Positions 36,701 to 46,335 of a DNA stretch of 53,833 nucleotides are shown here, piece by piece. A program made the position numbers and the translations under genes. Every line of letters begins with the position of its first letter. The first letter of the stretch is position 1. The notes beneath the pieces were generated by a model. That model saw nothing but the letters and a program-made list of their open reading frames with translations, did no database searches and was not told the DNA's origin. The DNA is from a virus (lineage: Duplodnaviria > Caudoviricetes): IMG/VR virus record IMGVR_UViG_3300029787_000065, positions 1 to 53,833 of that record; one strand, given 5' to 3'.

Positions 36701-38942
36701 TGAAGATTTAGCTAAAAAATCTACAGATGGAGATGGTAATCCTCTAACCACAAAAGAATATTTAATGAGTTTTATGTCTCAACTTCGTTCTTCTCAGAAC
36801 GGTTTTGATGCAAATTTTGTGCATATGGCTGATGCTACAGATATGCACAATTTAAGAGTATCTCATTCACAGTGGGCTTGGGACAATAGAAATAGAAAAC
36901 CAACAGCTTCCAAGGCTACCGTTAACAATATGAAAAATATTGATGGACTTTTTGATAAGCAAGACATTCCAGGTCTAGCTGCGTACAATAAAAATCATAC
37001 TAATTTTAAAGAAAAGTGGTTTGAAAGTTTTCTTCAAAAGAAAGCGTTGAAAAGTGGATTTTACAAGCCTAATGAAAATCCTGCAGAAAACGATTTTATG
37101 TTTACTAAAGTAGATTTTATCACTGATTTTCTTAAAGCTGGTGATTCTAAACAAGCTAAACAATTGCTAGAATCTTTATTTGAAAATTACACGGATGCAG
37201 AGGGAATAGACATATTAAGAAAAGATACTAAATTAAAAGAATTTCAAAAACTTGCAGATAGTTTTCTTTTTGATGGAATGGTATATGGAAACATTTTTGA
37301 TGGTCTAAATGAAAATTTACTTAAACGAAAACTAGATGATTTAGTAGCTGGTGGTTTAATATCTAAAAGTGCAAGAGAAAAAGTTATAGCTTTTCAAACA
37401 ATGACAGGTAAAACAACAGAAGGATTTTTAGCTAAAGAATTTGAATCTATAAATGCTAAAGTTGTAGATAAATTAAGTAGAGCTGTTAAAGCAAAACAAG
37501 GTGAAGAACGGTCCTCTATAGTACAAGACCTTGCAGGAATTAACACTGCGTCTGATCTTCTAGACTATTTTGTTCCTAATAAAGGCACACCTACTTGGGC
37601 TAGAGGTTCAGAGTTAACTCAAGATGTTAATGTGGATCGACTACAAGAATTGGTAGAAAAACAGGCAGAACTTATTGAAACTTCTAAAAATGCTGGTCCT
37701 GAATTTAAAAAAGCTGCTCAATTAGAATTAAACGACATTACAAAAGAATTAGAAAATTATAAACAAGTTAACATAGAAAATATAAGCGGTAACAGATTTG
37801 AAGTATATTTAAATGGAATTTTAAAAGTTAAGAAAACAGATAGAGCAAAAGATATAGATAAAGAAACAAAAGCTGACTTAGCTGCTTTAAGGGATTCGCT
37901 TGTTAGTGAGATGATACGAGCATCTATAAATAAAACAAGCGCGAGAAAAGCATACTTAAATCCCTCTACTGATGGTGGTTTTTTTAGTAAAACACTTGAT
38001 GCTGTTCCTAGATATTTACAGAATCAATTAACTAGAGAGGGAACTTTTAGTGTGCCATCTAGTGCGTTTGAGTTAGATTTTGATTTTAATCTTGTTAATC
38101 TTGGAGAAACGTATGACGCTTTAAAACCTGCGTTGCTTAGAATAGATGAACTCACTAATGACAAACCAGAGTTTGTTAAAGACTTAGATAATTTATTTAA
38201 AGGGTTAGTAGCTTTGAAGGGCGAAGTACCTGATGAACTTGCTACTGGAGATTTTGGAAACATTCCAACAGCTTTGTCAACTTCAGCAGCTTTGTCTAGA
38301 ATTTACTCTGGTGTTAGAGGAGTTGTAAGCTGGCGGTATCTTGCAACAGAACAAATTGTTAGGGAACATCAACGATCAAAACATATGATGTTTCATAAAA
38401 TGTTGACTGATCCTAAATTTTTAGAAAATGTAAAATTAATAATGGATTCTGATAAGATAACTGAAAAATTAGCAGACACTTTTGTTAAATCATTTTTGCC
38501 TATTATGAAAACAGCAGGAGCAAGAACTGTTATATATAATCCTGTAGAAGGAGAAGAAGGAACAGGTGCTAAATATAACCCAAGTAACAAAGAACTTGTA
38601 GAAGCAATTAAAAAAATGTGGTTAGTACCAGATATTTTAGAAGATGTTCGTGGTATACTTCCACAACCTAAACCGTTAGCTACAGGAGATATTGAAGTTA
38701 AGTTTGATCCTCCTAAAAGTTTAAAAGATATAGCTAGATCACCTGTTAGGTTTAGAAGAGGTTTAGAAAAAAACGATGCTGATCGTTTAAAGACTATGCC
38801 TAGATTGAATCGTAAAAGGACAACTTCTAATGTTTCTAAAGAACGAGAGAGGGCTATGCGTTTACTAGAAACTATGCCTAGATTAAATCGTAGACCATTA
38901 GTTGTAGATATTCCTGGTCCTAAAACTGGTGAGAAAAAATAA
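33738..38942 (+). CDS. very large putative internal virion protein (1734 aa)
   Basis: Last large gene of the structural arm; SRIYSGVRGVVSWRYLATE motif; no catalytic motif recognised. Confidence 0.7.
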   Translation: MVKYLTPFDKAIAQGYNYLFNDEEEDKKKTIPELKSTVKKEDISGPVLRPDGTPELPGFDTQGQPLKVRTQAERDQEIIQDSMGEIFILPDGQASSPSDNPAILEKVKILNHPSRLMARRIEAEMDGTPMTGGLVKPPEIGPIEKAVLGDAPMTGTPTLERIGRKAIYQAGFAPRTVAAGLTRGVGGIMQLPQVMTAYGMGAVEQLLRSQGMYGEGTVDWDKLDSANTSAKLLSEEMEKLVKVSDDIFRVDDMSFMPKTAMFTVDFYTPMNFLAVPAKFLKTAADVTQDAYRMVRGLPKRPVPKDEIILQTLREMQTPIRSAKEATRQADLAKAFADAKKNNPQLELDDFELYSDFGKKIMEDRAKLFKKALKDINVDYGAKPNVVERVKERLKYPGGRQKAVLAADYRRDAAPKAEGGTFVPNPELEKVLITKLTPTYEELLNQKTFRKVMDGQAIFSAGALAAAWDEYFKGTEYQDFAYAAGFAGIFINPTTTMKVMDNIFGGRVNLQNWGVPKNLTKRLPFIKDMDIVKTVDNTNGQIVYRPLNLPFALHIMGKFLAEQTQDLDIPSVKVGPISTPAIQGGDPETFVDSRWNKKLIAMAQGTPWYKAMLLNDKDRIEALNGMTELDLNIRLSTEELRASQDFARNVIPLLPKEYLNSYTKLARHGEKLVNEINNSDYGDKTAEFYLTMEQIMQGIQMTAFTGILKHVTSDPQFKDLSKDVNAILLMFRTHQQELQDQIGYINSALKNLTGGNAQAEADFKKLKDGANRVITKLEQNRATVMEAAEGLEAKAGLVTKRDSLLTNQLIEESVENGGMGLSPERLSVEGREKFANDIDELFRSTFNADLKRDREEFAKLRESLEGRTLDIDDYVFNLRDMQKRELDDFGDVANILKNPGNFMAFARVSIKGPVDSSLSYRNSIDVFIRNARYRGLEADPDLTVKDLKDRIGYLKDSYSDLKFGGNNQYIKYNGIEEGLVDFDATLANAEDLAKKSTDGDGNPLTTKEYLMSFMSQLRSSQNGFDANFVHMADATDMHNLRVSHSQWAWDNRNRKPTASKATVNNMKNIDGLFDKQDIPGLAAYNKNHTNFKEKWFESFLQKKALKSGFYKPNENPAENDFMFTKVDFITDFLKAGDSKQAKQLLESLFENYTDAEGIDILRKDTKLKEFQKLADSFLFDGMVYGNIFDGLNENLLKRKLDDLVAGGLISKSAREKVIAFQTMTGKTTEGFLAKEFESINAKVVDKLSRAVKAKQGEERSSIVQDLAGINTASDLLDYFVPNKGTPTWARGSELTQDVNVDRLQELVEKQAELIETSKNAGPEFKKAAQLELNDITKELENYKQVNIENISGNRFEVYLNGILKVKKTDRAKDIDKETKADLAALRDSLVSEMIRASINKTSARKAYLNPSTDGGFFSKTLDAVPRYLQNQLTREGTFSVPSSAFELDFDFNLVNLGETYDALKPALLRIDELTNDKPEFVKDLDNLFKGLVALKGEVPDELATGDFGNIPTALSTSAALSRIYSGVRGVVSWRYLATEQIVREHQRSKHMMFHKMLTDPKFLENVKLIMDSDKITEKLADTFVKSFLPIMKTAGARTVIYNPVEGEEGTGAKYNPSNKELVEAIKKMWLVPDILEDVRGILPQPKPLATGDIEVKFDPPKSLKDIARSPVRFRRGLEKNDADRLKTMPRLNRKRTTSNVSKERERAMRLLETMPRLNRRPLVVDIPGPKTGEKK

Positions 38943-39349
38943 TGTTAGGATTAGCAGATTCAGTTATAGGCGTAGCAGGTAAAGTTCTTGACAAGTTTGT
39001 TGAGGACAAAGACCTAAAGACTAAACTTAATGCTGAACTAAAACAACAGATGGTGTCTCTTGATCTAGCACAAGCACAAGCAAACATAGAACAAGCTAAG
39101 TCACCCTCTATCTTCGTTGCTGGTGCTAGACCAGCTATCATGTGGATATGCGCCTTTGGTCTAGCTTGGCAGTTTGTGCTGCAGCCTGTAGCAGTGTGGG
39201 GTATTGCTCTTAGTGGTGCAGATATCGTGCTGCCATACATAGAAACAGAAGGTCTTATGTCATTAACACTCGCTCTCTTGGGACTTGGCGGTATGCGTAC
39301 TGCAGAGAAGTGGAAGGGTGTGCAACGTAATAACATGAAGAAGAAGTAA
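38942..39349 (+). CDS. holin of the 3-TM (GTA-holin-like) family
   Basis: GKVLDKFVEDKD, FVAGARPAIMWIC, LLGLGGMRTAEKWKGV. Confidence 0.85.
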   Translation: MLGLADSVIGVAGKVLDKFVEDKDLKTKLNAELKQQMVSLDLAQAQANIEQAKSPSIFVAGARPAIMWICAFGLAWQFVLQPVAVWGIALSGADIVLPYIETEGLMSLTLALLGLGGMRTAEKWKGVQRNNMKKK

Positions 39350-39350
39350 C

Positions 39351-39959
39351 ATGGACCCATTAACACTAGCTGCGATTACTGGGGGCTTTGCTGCTGTAAA
39401 GACGGCAGTTCAAGGAGTGCGTAGTGCATTGCAAACTGCTGATGATGTAGGTGCCATTGCTAGTCAGATCGACAGGTTATTTACAACACATGGCGAAGCA
39501 TCTAAACGAGTGCAGTCGGCTAGAAAGAAAAAACTACCAAACAACAAGTGGGCAAAGATTTTAAAGTTTAGATTAAAAGATGACAGTGATGATGAAACAT
39601 CTCTAGCTAACATAGCTGCAGCTAAACTTGCTGAGAAACAACAAGAAGAAGAAATAAGAAAACTAGCTATAGAGATTAACAGGAGGTTTGGTGCAAGTAC
39701 GTGGGCTGAGATACTAGAAGCACAAGAAGAAGCTAAACAGAAGAAAGCTGAACGTATAAAAAGAAATAAAAAACGTAGAGATGAAGAGGCTGCTAGAAAA
39801 GCACTCAATCAAAAAGGATTATTAGAAAAGATATTTTTAGAATTTGGTAAAGGTATCATTGTCATCGCTGTAGTTATCGGAATAGTAGTTACACTAGTAT
39901 ATTTAAAGAAAAATAAAGTAACTGTTTTTGAAAACACCCCCATATCTAGGCCAGGATGA
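39351..39959 (+). CDS. coiled-coil protein with C-terminal transmembrane helix
   Basis: MDPLTLAAI start; IIVIAVVIGIVVTLVYL TM segment. Confidence 0.7.
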   Translation: MDPLTLAAITGGFAAVKTAVQGVRSALQTADDVGAIASQIDRLFTTHGEASKRVQSARKKKLPNNKWAKILKFRLKDDSDDETSLANIAAAKLAEKQQEEEIRKLAIEINRRFGASTWAEILEAQEEAKQKKAERIKRNKKRRDEEAARKALNQKGLLEKIFLEFGKGIIVIAVVIGIVVTLVYLKKNKVTVFENTPISRPG

Positions 39960-40050
39960 CCAAGTACAACAGTATATAACCCAATATAGCCAACATACCC
40001 TAATTCCTCTGTATGGCGCTTAAAACGCCGTGTGTGGCAAATCGCCTTTT

Positions 40051-40266
40051 TTATAGTGTTTTATTAATGTCATCCACATATTTTTCTGTTATGTTCTCCA
40101 GACGCTTCATAAAACTATAAATAAGTTCAGTATTAGCATAATGAGGAAGACTAGTTTCCATGACTTCCTTAAACTCTTCAGCGGCAACATTGTTGTGTGT
40201 AACTTCAATGTTGCCGTCTCTTTGTAAAAATACTGATACTTGTGATAATGTTGCTTTTGTACTCAT
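40051..40266 (-). CDS. hypothetical protein (71 aa)
   Basis: ATGA overlap with RNR; last gene of replication arm. Confidence 0.7.
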   Translation of the reverse strand: MSTKATLSQVSVFLQRDGNIEVTHNNVAAEEFKEVMETSLPHYANTELIYSFMKRLENITEKYVDDINKTL

Positions 40267-42176
40267 ATATCTACTACTTCACACACCTCTCCTGTACAAG
40301 CTAATTCTTGTGACGCTTTAGTGTTGTCCTCTTTCTCATAAGTGTTAAACTTTTTCCAATCAATAGCTGTTGGCATTTCAGCTACAAGCTTCTTGTATTC
40401 TTTCTCATCACAATCTTGGTAGGGTGCTTGTCTATAACTGTGATCGGAGAAGGGTAGGAAACTGATGCCACTCAGTTCATCAAAGTTTTCGTAGCACCAG
40501 TTCCCTACTTCCATCCATTCATGCTCTTTAACGCTTACCGTTATAGAAGGTTTATGTTCGCACCAGTGTTCACTAAAATGCTTCCACAGGTGCAGTTGCT
40601 CCAGAGCCTTCATATCAGTCCGACAGATGGCAGCATTAGGTGATTTGAAAGGAAAGGAAAAAACCACCGTATTGCTTGGACTGTTAAAGTCAGGTTCATT
40701 AGGGATGTTACTGTCCATTAGGAACCTAGTTAATGGGTCTTTAACATCCCCACGCACCGTCCTGACATAATACGGAGCGTGTCGAGCATGAATACCACTA
40801 GCAGCGTTAGTAAGTTGACTAACAGTGCCAGATGGTTTCACACAAGTTGTGGCCGTAGACTGAGGTATGCCTAACTTTTCAGACCACTTCTTGTTAGTAT
40901 GTACTACAATGTCTCTTAACTTAGTTAGACGATCAGGATGTGATGCAACATTAATATATTTGCAATCCATGATGCCTGTAAGAGATACGCCTAGTAAACG
41001 TTCTTCTTCTGTATTGTTTTTCCAACGTGTACGCAGATACTTAAAGTCTGTAAGGGTAGACTGCAATGTTCCAAGAATAGCAGCAAGCTCTGCCTTACGT
41101 TCTAGTGACTTTGCAGTATCATCTGATCTGCATACAACTTCAGATAGGTTACAGAATTGATTAGGTCGTAGAATAATCTCGCTGCACGGGTTCGTGCCAA
41201 AGTCAGCTTCTTGCCTACGTCCGTTAGCTATGGCCTTGCCTTGAGCAGCCGTCCTGTTAAATATACCGCGCTCTCCAGACTTGCTTTCATATAACGAAAG
41301 CCATTCTCTCATAAACGCAGACGGGTCAGGAGTTTGTGTGTAAGCGACAGAATTGTTTGCCAAAGCCCTATGAGGATTAATAGACCACCAATTACCAGAC
41401 TTAGCAGACCGCATCCTATCATCACTAAGATTACTAAGAGATAAAAGAGCGGAACGCCTAACACCACCCACAACCACCACCTCACCTGTCTTACACACAA
41501 TATCATGACATTCGATGGAGGATAGTTTACGTCCTTTAGCATCTTGAAACACCCTTATCGTAAAGTCAAATAAGTCTTGTAATGGCTCTGGACCTGAAGC
41601 TCTGCCACCAAATGTTTTCAACCTTGCACCTGCAGGACGTATCTTAGACATATCAATCTTAGGTATCCTGTTAGTATACAAGTAGCCTATCAAGTCACGG
41701 AAACTTCTTGCCCAACCTTCTTTTGAGTCAGCTACGCTGATAACGTCCTCTGTCTCTTCAAACTGAACATCAGGTATGGTAGGCAGGTTCTCAATGTATG
41801 TACGTTCTACAGAGAAACCTACGCCAGTGCCGTTCATAAGAATATATAAAACTTCGTCAAATGATCTAGGATTATCAATAGGAATATACGAACAGTTGTA
41901 CCCTGCAATGTTCTCACGTTTTAACGCTGGGCCTGCAGTCATAAGGGATCGCATAGATGGCATGATCTCTAGGTTTAATATGGCTGACTTTACAGCTTTC
42001 ATATGGGACCACTGTGACATATCAACATCACACACAAGCTTGATATGCTCTATCATATAGTCGGTAAACCGTGTTACAGTTTCTTCCCATGTTTCTCTAC
42101 GTTGTTCATCTTCAAGCCATCGTGCATAGCGGCTCTTATGTATGAACATCTGATAATCAGTTGGTAGATTTTGCAT
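40263..42176 (-). CDS. nrdJ: class II (adenosylcobalamin-dependent) ribonucleotide reductase
   Basis: YNCS, GTGVGFS, GGVRRSA, GTNPCSEI, QFCNL, TCVKPSGTVSQL, C-terminal CTGEVC; no beta-subunit gene nearby. Confidence 0.92.
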   Translation of the reverse strand: MQNLPTDYQMFIHKSRYARWLEDEQRRETWEETVTRFTDYMIEHIKLVCDVDMSQWSHMKAVKSAILNLEIMPSMRSLMTAGPALKRENIAGYNCSYIPIDNPRSFDEVLYILMNGTGVGFSVERTYIENLPTIPDVQFEETEDVISVADSKEGWARSFRDLIGYLYTNRIPKIDMSKIRPAGARLKTFGGRASGPEPLQDLFDFTIRVFQDAKGRKLSSIECHDIVCKTGEVVVVGGVRRSALLSLSNLSDDRMRSAKSGNWWSINPHRALANNSVAYTQTPDPSAFMREWLSLYESKSGERGIFNRTAAQGKAIANGRRQEADFGTNPCSEIILRPNQFCNLSEVVCRSDDTAKSLERKAELAAILGTLQSTLTDFKYLRTRWKNNTEEERLLGVSLTGIMDCKYINVASHPDRLTKLRDIVVHTNKKWSEKLGIPQSTATTCVKPSGTVSQLTNAASGIHARHAPYYVRTVRGDVKDPLTRFLMDSNIPNEPDFNSPSNTVVFSFPFKSPNAAICRTDMKALEQLHLWKHFSEHWCEHKPSITVSVKEHEWMEVGNWCYENFDELSGISFLPFSDHSYRQAPYQDCDEKEYKKLVAEMPTAIDWKKFNTYEKEDNTKASQELACTGEVCEVVDI

Positions 42177-42402
42177 CTTCTACTTTATCCTTTAATCTCG
42201 TAAGATACCATAAACACTTTCCTAAGTCCTCTGCGGCTTTACCTTTGTGCCTGTATCTAATTATATATTTTAACACGTTACCTTTTAAGTATCCAAGAAA
42301 CTCATTGCTTGTCATAGACATTTCTATCAGGTCTATAGCCTCAACGTCAAGCTTATTGTAATGCTCTGGGCTGTTGACGGGATCATGCCCCTTTGTCGTC
42401 AT
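42157..42402 (-). CDS. DUF3310-family protein
   Basis: DPVNSPEHY..EAID..GNVLKYIIRY..K...EDLGKCLWYL. Confidence 0.85.
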   Translation of the reverse strand: MTTKGHDPVNSPEHYNKLDVEAIDLIEMSMTSNEFLGYLKGNVLKYIIRYRHKGKAAEDLGKCLWYLTRLKDKVEDAKSTN

Positions 42403-42787
42403 CTTCATCCTCTAACGTCACCGTAACTGTCAGGTGTTCCCTGTCTTTCTCTGTAAACAAGTTCAGAGTATGCTCTTGATTTCGATAAGAGTCAAGTGAA
42501 ATTATGTTACTTTCTGAATATTCTTCTTCTTCCATAAGTCTTTCACCAAGACTATACACTTCTTCTGCACTGTTCTGTAGTATGTGTACTAAACCTTTAG
42601 CAAGAACTTGACACATATTTGCAGGACCGTCATCGTTATTTGTTTTATCTAAACAAAACATAAAGAACTGATCTTCCTCATCATCTGTGTTCTCCATGAC
42701 AAGATAAACACGGTTATCTTTTAGTTCTTTCTTCTCTGTTTCAATAATAGCTTTCATTTTAGCTAAGTCATCGTGCATATCATCCAT
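42383..42787 (-). CDS. hypothetical acidic protein
   Basis: 134-aa ORF coupled to both neighbours. Confidence 0.7.
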   Translation of the reverse strand: MDDMHDDLAKMKAIIETEKKELKDNRVYLVMENTDDEEDQFFMFCLDKTNNDDGPANMCQVLAKGLVHILQNSAEEVYSLGERLMEEEEYSESNIISLDSYRNQEHTLNLFTEKDREHLTVTVTLEDEDDDKGA

Positions 42788-43151
42788 AATTTTTCATCCA
42801 TCCTATGGGTATAACGCCTTTTGCATACTTAAAATTATTTTTATTGCACCAGTCAGCATATGTTGTTTTTGATTTCTTACTTAACTTTACCTTATCGTTC
42901 TGAAACACGAAACGTAAATCAAGATCAGGATATTGCTCTGCTATAAGTTTATGTTTTGATCTATCAGAACCAACAAACTGTCCTTTAGTCTCTATAAACA
43001 TATCATGTTCAGGCAGATAGAAGTCTGGTGTGTACGTTCTATGCTTTGGAACATAAGTAAATTTGTGTTGCTCATACTCAAACTTTATGTTGTTGTTTTC
43101 TAGATATGTCGCAAAGTCAAACTCAAATCTAGACCTGTAACGTTCTGTCAT
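42780..43151 (-). CDS. T7 endonuclease I-like Holliday junction resolvase
   Basis: YRSRFE, YTPDF, IETKG, PDLDLRFVF, TTYADWC. Confidence 0.92.
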   Translation of the reverse strand: MTERYRSRFEFDFATYLENNNIKFEYEQHKFTYVPKHRTYTPDFYLPEHDMFIETKGQFVGSDRSKHKLIAEQYPDLDLRFVFQNDKVKLSKKSKTTYADWCNKNNFKYAKGVIPIGWMKNYG

Positions 43152-43546
43152 TTGTATCTTTTCAATAAATTAGTCATGTGTTTTTCTATGTAGTCATGAA
43201 CTTTAGTAGAGTGTTTCTTTATATTTATCATACTGAAGTCTTGGTTATCTACTGACTCACGACAAAGAATGACAACACCACCCTCTGTTAAATAATTGTT
43301 TACTACTGACCAAGACTTATCAAACTCTTCTTTAAATATATGAAACTCATTGTCTTTGTAGTAAGACTCTGGCTCTCTACCACTAAACTTCTTTACAAGA
43401 ATAGGTGTAGTATTATTGCCATCTCTTAAAATAATATTTACAAGAGGATCACCTTTTCGTTTACTGTGATCCATGTATGCAAATAAACAATTTCTATTAT
43501 CAAGAACATCATGACTATACACTGTGTGCATTACAATTAATGGCAT
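43148..43546 (-). CDS. hypothetical protein (132 aa)
   Basis: Translationally coupled between helicase and endonuclease. Confidence 0.7.
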   Translation of the reverse strand: MPLIVMHTVYSHDVLDNRNCLFAYMDHSKRKGDPLVNIILRDGNNTTPILVKKFSGREPESYYKDNEFHIFKEEFDKSWSVVNNYLTEGGVVILCRESVDNQDFSMINIKKHSTKVHDYIEKHMTNLLKRYK

Positions 43547-45144
43547 TAATCATCATCCTCAAAATCTAAACTCTTCTCTCGTATACGTCCATCTGTAAAG
43601 TCGTAGTACAGTTTAGCGCATAGCCCTGTTAAACCTGTAAATCTGTTCTTAATAATACGAACATACGTTGTGTGACGTTCTATAGGATCATCTGCTTGTC
43701 CATTACGTTCCAAACCTATTACAATATCACTAAGTTGTCCTATACTCGCAGAACCTCGTAGATCAGACAACGACGTATTTAGACCCTCTTCATGAGAACC
43801 CTGCATTGGTCTGCGAAGATGTGAGACAACTACTAGTGATATGTTTAGCTCTTGCACCAACGTTCTTAGTTTAGTCATGCACTCATCTATCGTTCTTCTC
43901 TCATCAAACGAGTGTTCTTGAGAGCTAACGAGTATGCTGATATGATCTAGTATAATATACTTACACTTGGCTGCTTTTGCAAAGTATCTCACACGAGCCA
44001 AAACATTATCAATGGTGTTTGATCCAAAGTGATCAAAGAAAAAGTATCTTCCTGATCCTACAGTGTCCTCGTAGGACTGCTTGTACTCTTCCTCTGTGTA
44101 CACAGTATCTGGTAGATGTAGCTGCTTACCTAACTCTAAGCTCATCATAGATTCAGCGGTGCTTCTAACGCTCTCTTCCATGAACATCATACCTATGTTG
44201 TCTTCCGTATTATCGTAGATATACTTTACAATCTCTTTTAGAAAACTACTCTTACCCATACCAGTGCCAGCACACACTGTAATAAGCTCTCCCATACGTA
44301 TGCCATAAGTCATTCTATTCATACCCTCGTATGGGTAATCTATGGCAGTCTTAGCTGGTCCTTCCTTCAATGTGTCCCATAACTGTGTACCTGCAATGAT
44401 ACCATCAGGAGTGTAGCTGTCAGCGTTCCACCATGCCTTTATAAATTCCTCTGAATCCTTTGCTACAAGATACTCGTTGGGATCTTTTCTGTTAAGCCTT
44501 ATAATTTTAGCTTTGGGTGATAACAACTCTGCAGCTTTCTTGGCAGCTTTCTTTCCAGGTTTATCGTTATCAAAGCATATGATAATATTGTCATAGGACA
44601 TAAGATATTCAAAGGATTTTTCAATATCGTTAACGACACCAGAAGCTCCGTTGCGTATGGATAACACAGGCCACGTAGAACCCATCATTTGGTAAGTTGA
44701 CAACGCATCAAGCTCACCCTCACACAACGTTACGTACTTACCCCTTGCTGGAAACTTATTCTGTCCGAATAGAGTGGCTTGTTTCCAGTCACCTGTAGTC
44801 TGGAATGTTTTATCACCGTTGAACGACTTGCCACGGATTTTATTTGCAATCCAATCTCCGTCCTCGTTATAAAACGGATAGTATTGTTGTGTTCCTTCTA
44901 CTGTAACACTGTAAGCTTTACATGTTTCTTTTGTTATGCCTCTATCTGGTATTGGTAAAGTCTTACCAGAGGATAGATACTTAGCGTTCATTGGCGTGTT
45001 TGTCATGGGTTCCTCTATCAATTCATCTTCAGGCTTTGTGTGTCTGTCACACGCAAAACAGTATGTGCTACCATCCTCGTTTATTGCCAGCGCATCACTG
45101 CTGCTACAGTTAGGGCAGGGCTGGTGTGTTTTCTGATAATTCAT
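43546..45144 (-). CDS. T7 gp4-like DNA primase/helicase
   Basis: Zn finger CPNCSSSD..CFAC; TOPRIM EGELDA, FDND; SF4 helicase AGTGMGKS, ILDH, SHLRR, DLRGS, KNRFTG. Confidence 0.96.
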   Translation of the reverse strand: MNYQKTHQPCPNCSSSDALAINEDGSTYCFACDRHTKPEDELIEEPMTNTPMNAKYLSSGKTLPIPDRGITKETCKAYSVTVEGTQQYYPFYNEDGDWIANKIRGKSFNGDKTFQTTGDWKQATLFGQNKFPARGKYVTLCEGELDALSTYQMMGSTWPVLSIRNGASGVVNDIEKSFEYLMSYDNIIICFDNDKPGKKAAKKAAELLSPKAKIIRLNRKDPNEYLVAKDSEEFIKAWWNADSYTPDGIIAGTQLWDTLKEGPAKTAIDYPYEGMNRMTYGIRMGELITVCAGTGMGKSSFLKEIVKYIYDNTEDNIGMMFMEESVRSTAESMMSLELGKQLHLPDTVYTEEEYKQSYEDTVGSGRYFFFDHFGSNTIDNVLARVRYFAKAAKCKYIILDHISILVSSQEHSFDERRTIDECMTKLRTLVQELNISLVVVSHLRRPMQGSHEEGLNTSLSDLRGSASIGQLSDIVIGLERNGQADDPIERHTTYVRIIKNRFTGLTGLCAKLYYDFTDGRIREKSLDFEDDD

Positions 45145-45386
45145 TTATCAAACAAAGTAGCTAATATTCCGTTAAGAAAGATAGATAATGCAACGCTGTT
45201 AACTACAATAAGCGCACGATCATTCCATACAATAGACACATATACCCAACCGATTATTCCTATTGTATGCAAGTAAAGATTATAAGGGAATATATTCTGA
45301 GCAGTAAATATCATTCCTGTCATCAAAACAATAGACGATGACCATTTCACATACCATACTTTATTCTTTACTTTCCTATCTTTCAT
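45141..45386 (-). CDS. small membrane protein (about 3 TM)
   Basis: Hydrophobic helices; FPYNL, WNDRALIVVN. Confidence 0.75.
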   Translation of the reverse strand: MKDRKVKNKVWYVKWSSSIVLMTGMIFTAQNIFPYNLYLHTIGIIGWVYVSIVWNDRALIVVNSVALSIFLNGILATLFDK

Positions 45387-46228
45387 TACAAAACCTCGTC
45401 TACTTTAGGCTCCTTCTCTATATGAGTAAAGTATGTCAATCCACTAGCATAACGAAATACTCTAAGTCCTTGACCCTCGTTAGCCTCTTCCCAACATTCA
45501 TATTTATAATCACAGTACGTGCAGTTCTTGTCAAGTATCCTGTTACCCTGTTTGCCTTCTGCCTTATCCTCGTAACATTTGCTAGGAACAGTGTCCTCTT
45601 TCATTGTTTTTTTTAATTCAATGATACGCTCTTTAGCATCAATCATAGATAGTTCATCAATCTCAACCAACGCCATCTCTGCATTGTTTTTGTTGTATGC
45701 TAGAAAGTAACCTACGTCACCACCCTCTGCTTGAACATATCCACTTATCTGACCTATGTATCCGAAAGGATCATCATGTTCTAAGTCATTAAATTTAAAT
45801 TTTCTAAAACCAAAGTCAGATGCTGATTTAACGTCCACAAGAACACCGTCTATCTTTGCATCAATGTGTCCTTTGACGCCCTCTACTACAACTTCTTTCT
45901 GTCTATCTGTAACTTTATGACCAGCTTCCTGCGCTAAGAATAAAAGAAATGCTTCAACTAAGTTACCAAAAAATAATTTAAGTTTGGTCTGTCCATCTAA
46001 CTTAGAAGGTGTCTTATCTCTGAACTCGTACCATAACTTTCTTGAGTGTTTACCGATAGAAGACATTCTAAGACTACCGTGTCTTACTCTTTCTTCTGGT
46101 GATAAAAAGTTTTCAATGTCCTCACGTAGAGCTTTATAGAACTCTTGTAAGTTTCTTTCACTGAAACCTTGCTTACCATCCTCTAACATACTGTGTATGT
46201 CTGTTATTAATGTATTGATATTAGCCAT
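45386..46228 (-). CDS. PD-(D/E)xK exonuclease (Cas4/RecB-like)
   Basis: LRMSSIG, GHID, VDVKSAS, YIGQISGY, C-terminal CTYCDYKYEC. Confidence 0.85.
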   Translation of the reverse strand: MANINTLITDIHSMLEDGKQGFSERNLQEFYKALREDIENFLSPEERVRHGSLRMSSIGKHSRKLWYEFRDKTPSKLDGQTKLKLFFGNLVEAFLLFLAQEAGHKVTDRQKEVVVEGVKGHIDAKIDGVLVDVKSASDFGFRKFKFNDLEHDDPFGYIGQISGYVQAEGGDVGYFLAYNKNNAEMALVEIDELSMIDAKERIIELKKTMKEDTVPSKCYEDKAEGKQGNRILDKNCTYCDYKYECWEEANEGQGLRVFRYASGLTYFTHIEKEPKVDEVL

Positions 46229-46253
46229 GATACTCCCAGTAAAAATAAAATAT

Positions 46254-46335
46254 TAGTAGCCCCGCCCCTCGCTCTAATATCGACAACCACCTAAAGTTGT
46301 CCCTACCTACCATTAGAAAGCGACTCTACCTACTA
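46254..46335 (-). other. rod-like intergenic hairpin between SSB and exonuclease
   Basis: Nested pairs TAGTAG/CTACTA, TCGC/GCGA, TCTAAT/ATTAGA, GACAAC/GTTGTC; U-rich tract follows on - strand. Confidence 0.55.

Noticed and set aside
33738-38942. Virion RNA polymerase (N4- or crAss-like)
   Set aside because: No T7-type or DxDGD catalytic context recognised; size alone is insufficient
40013-40052. Bidirectional terminator at the convergence of the two arms
   Set aside because: Only weak 3-5 bp stems (GGC/GCC, GGCG/CGCC) before the T-run; plausible by position but not supportable
45386-46228. Cas4 as evidence of a CRISPR system
   Set aside because: Stand-alone Cas4/RecB-like exonucleases are common in phage replication modules; no cas1 or array
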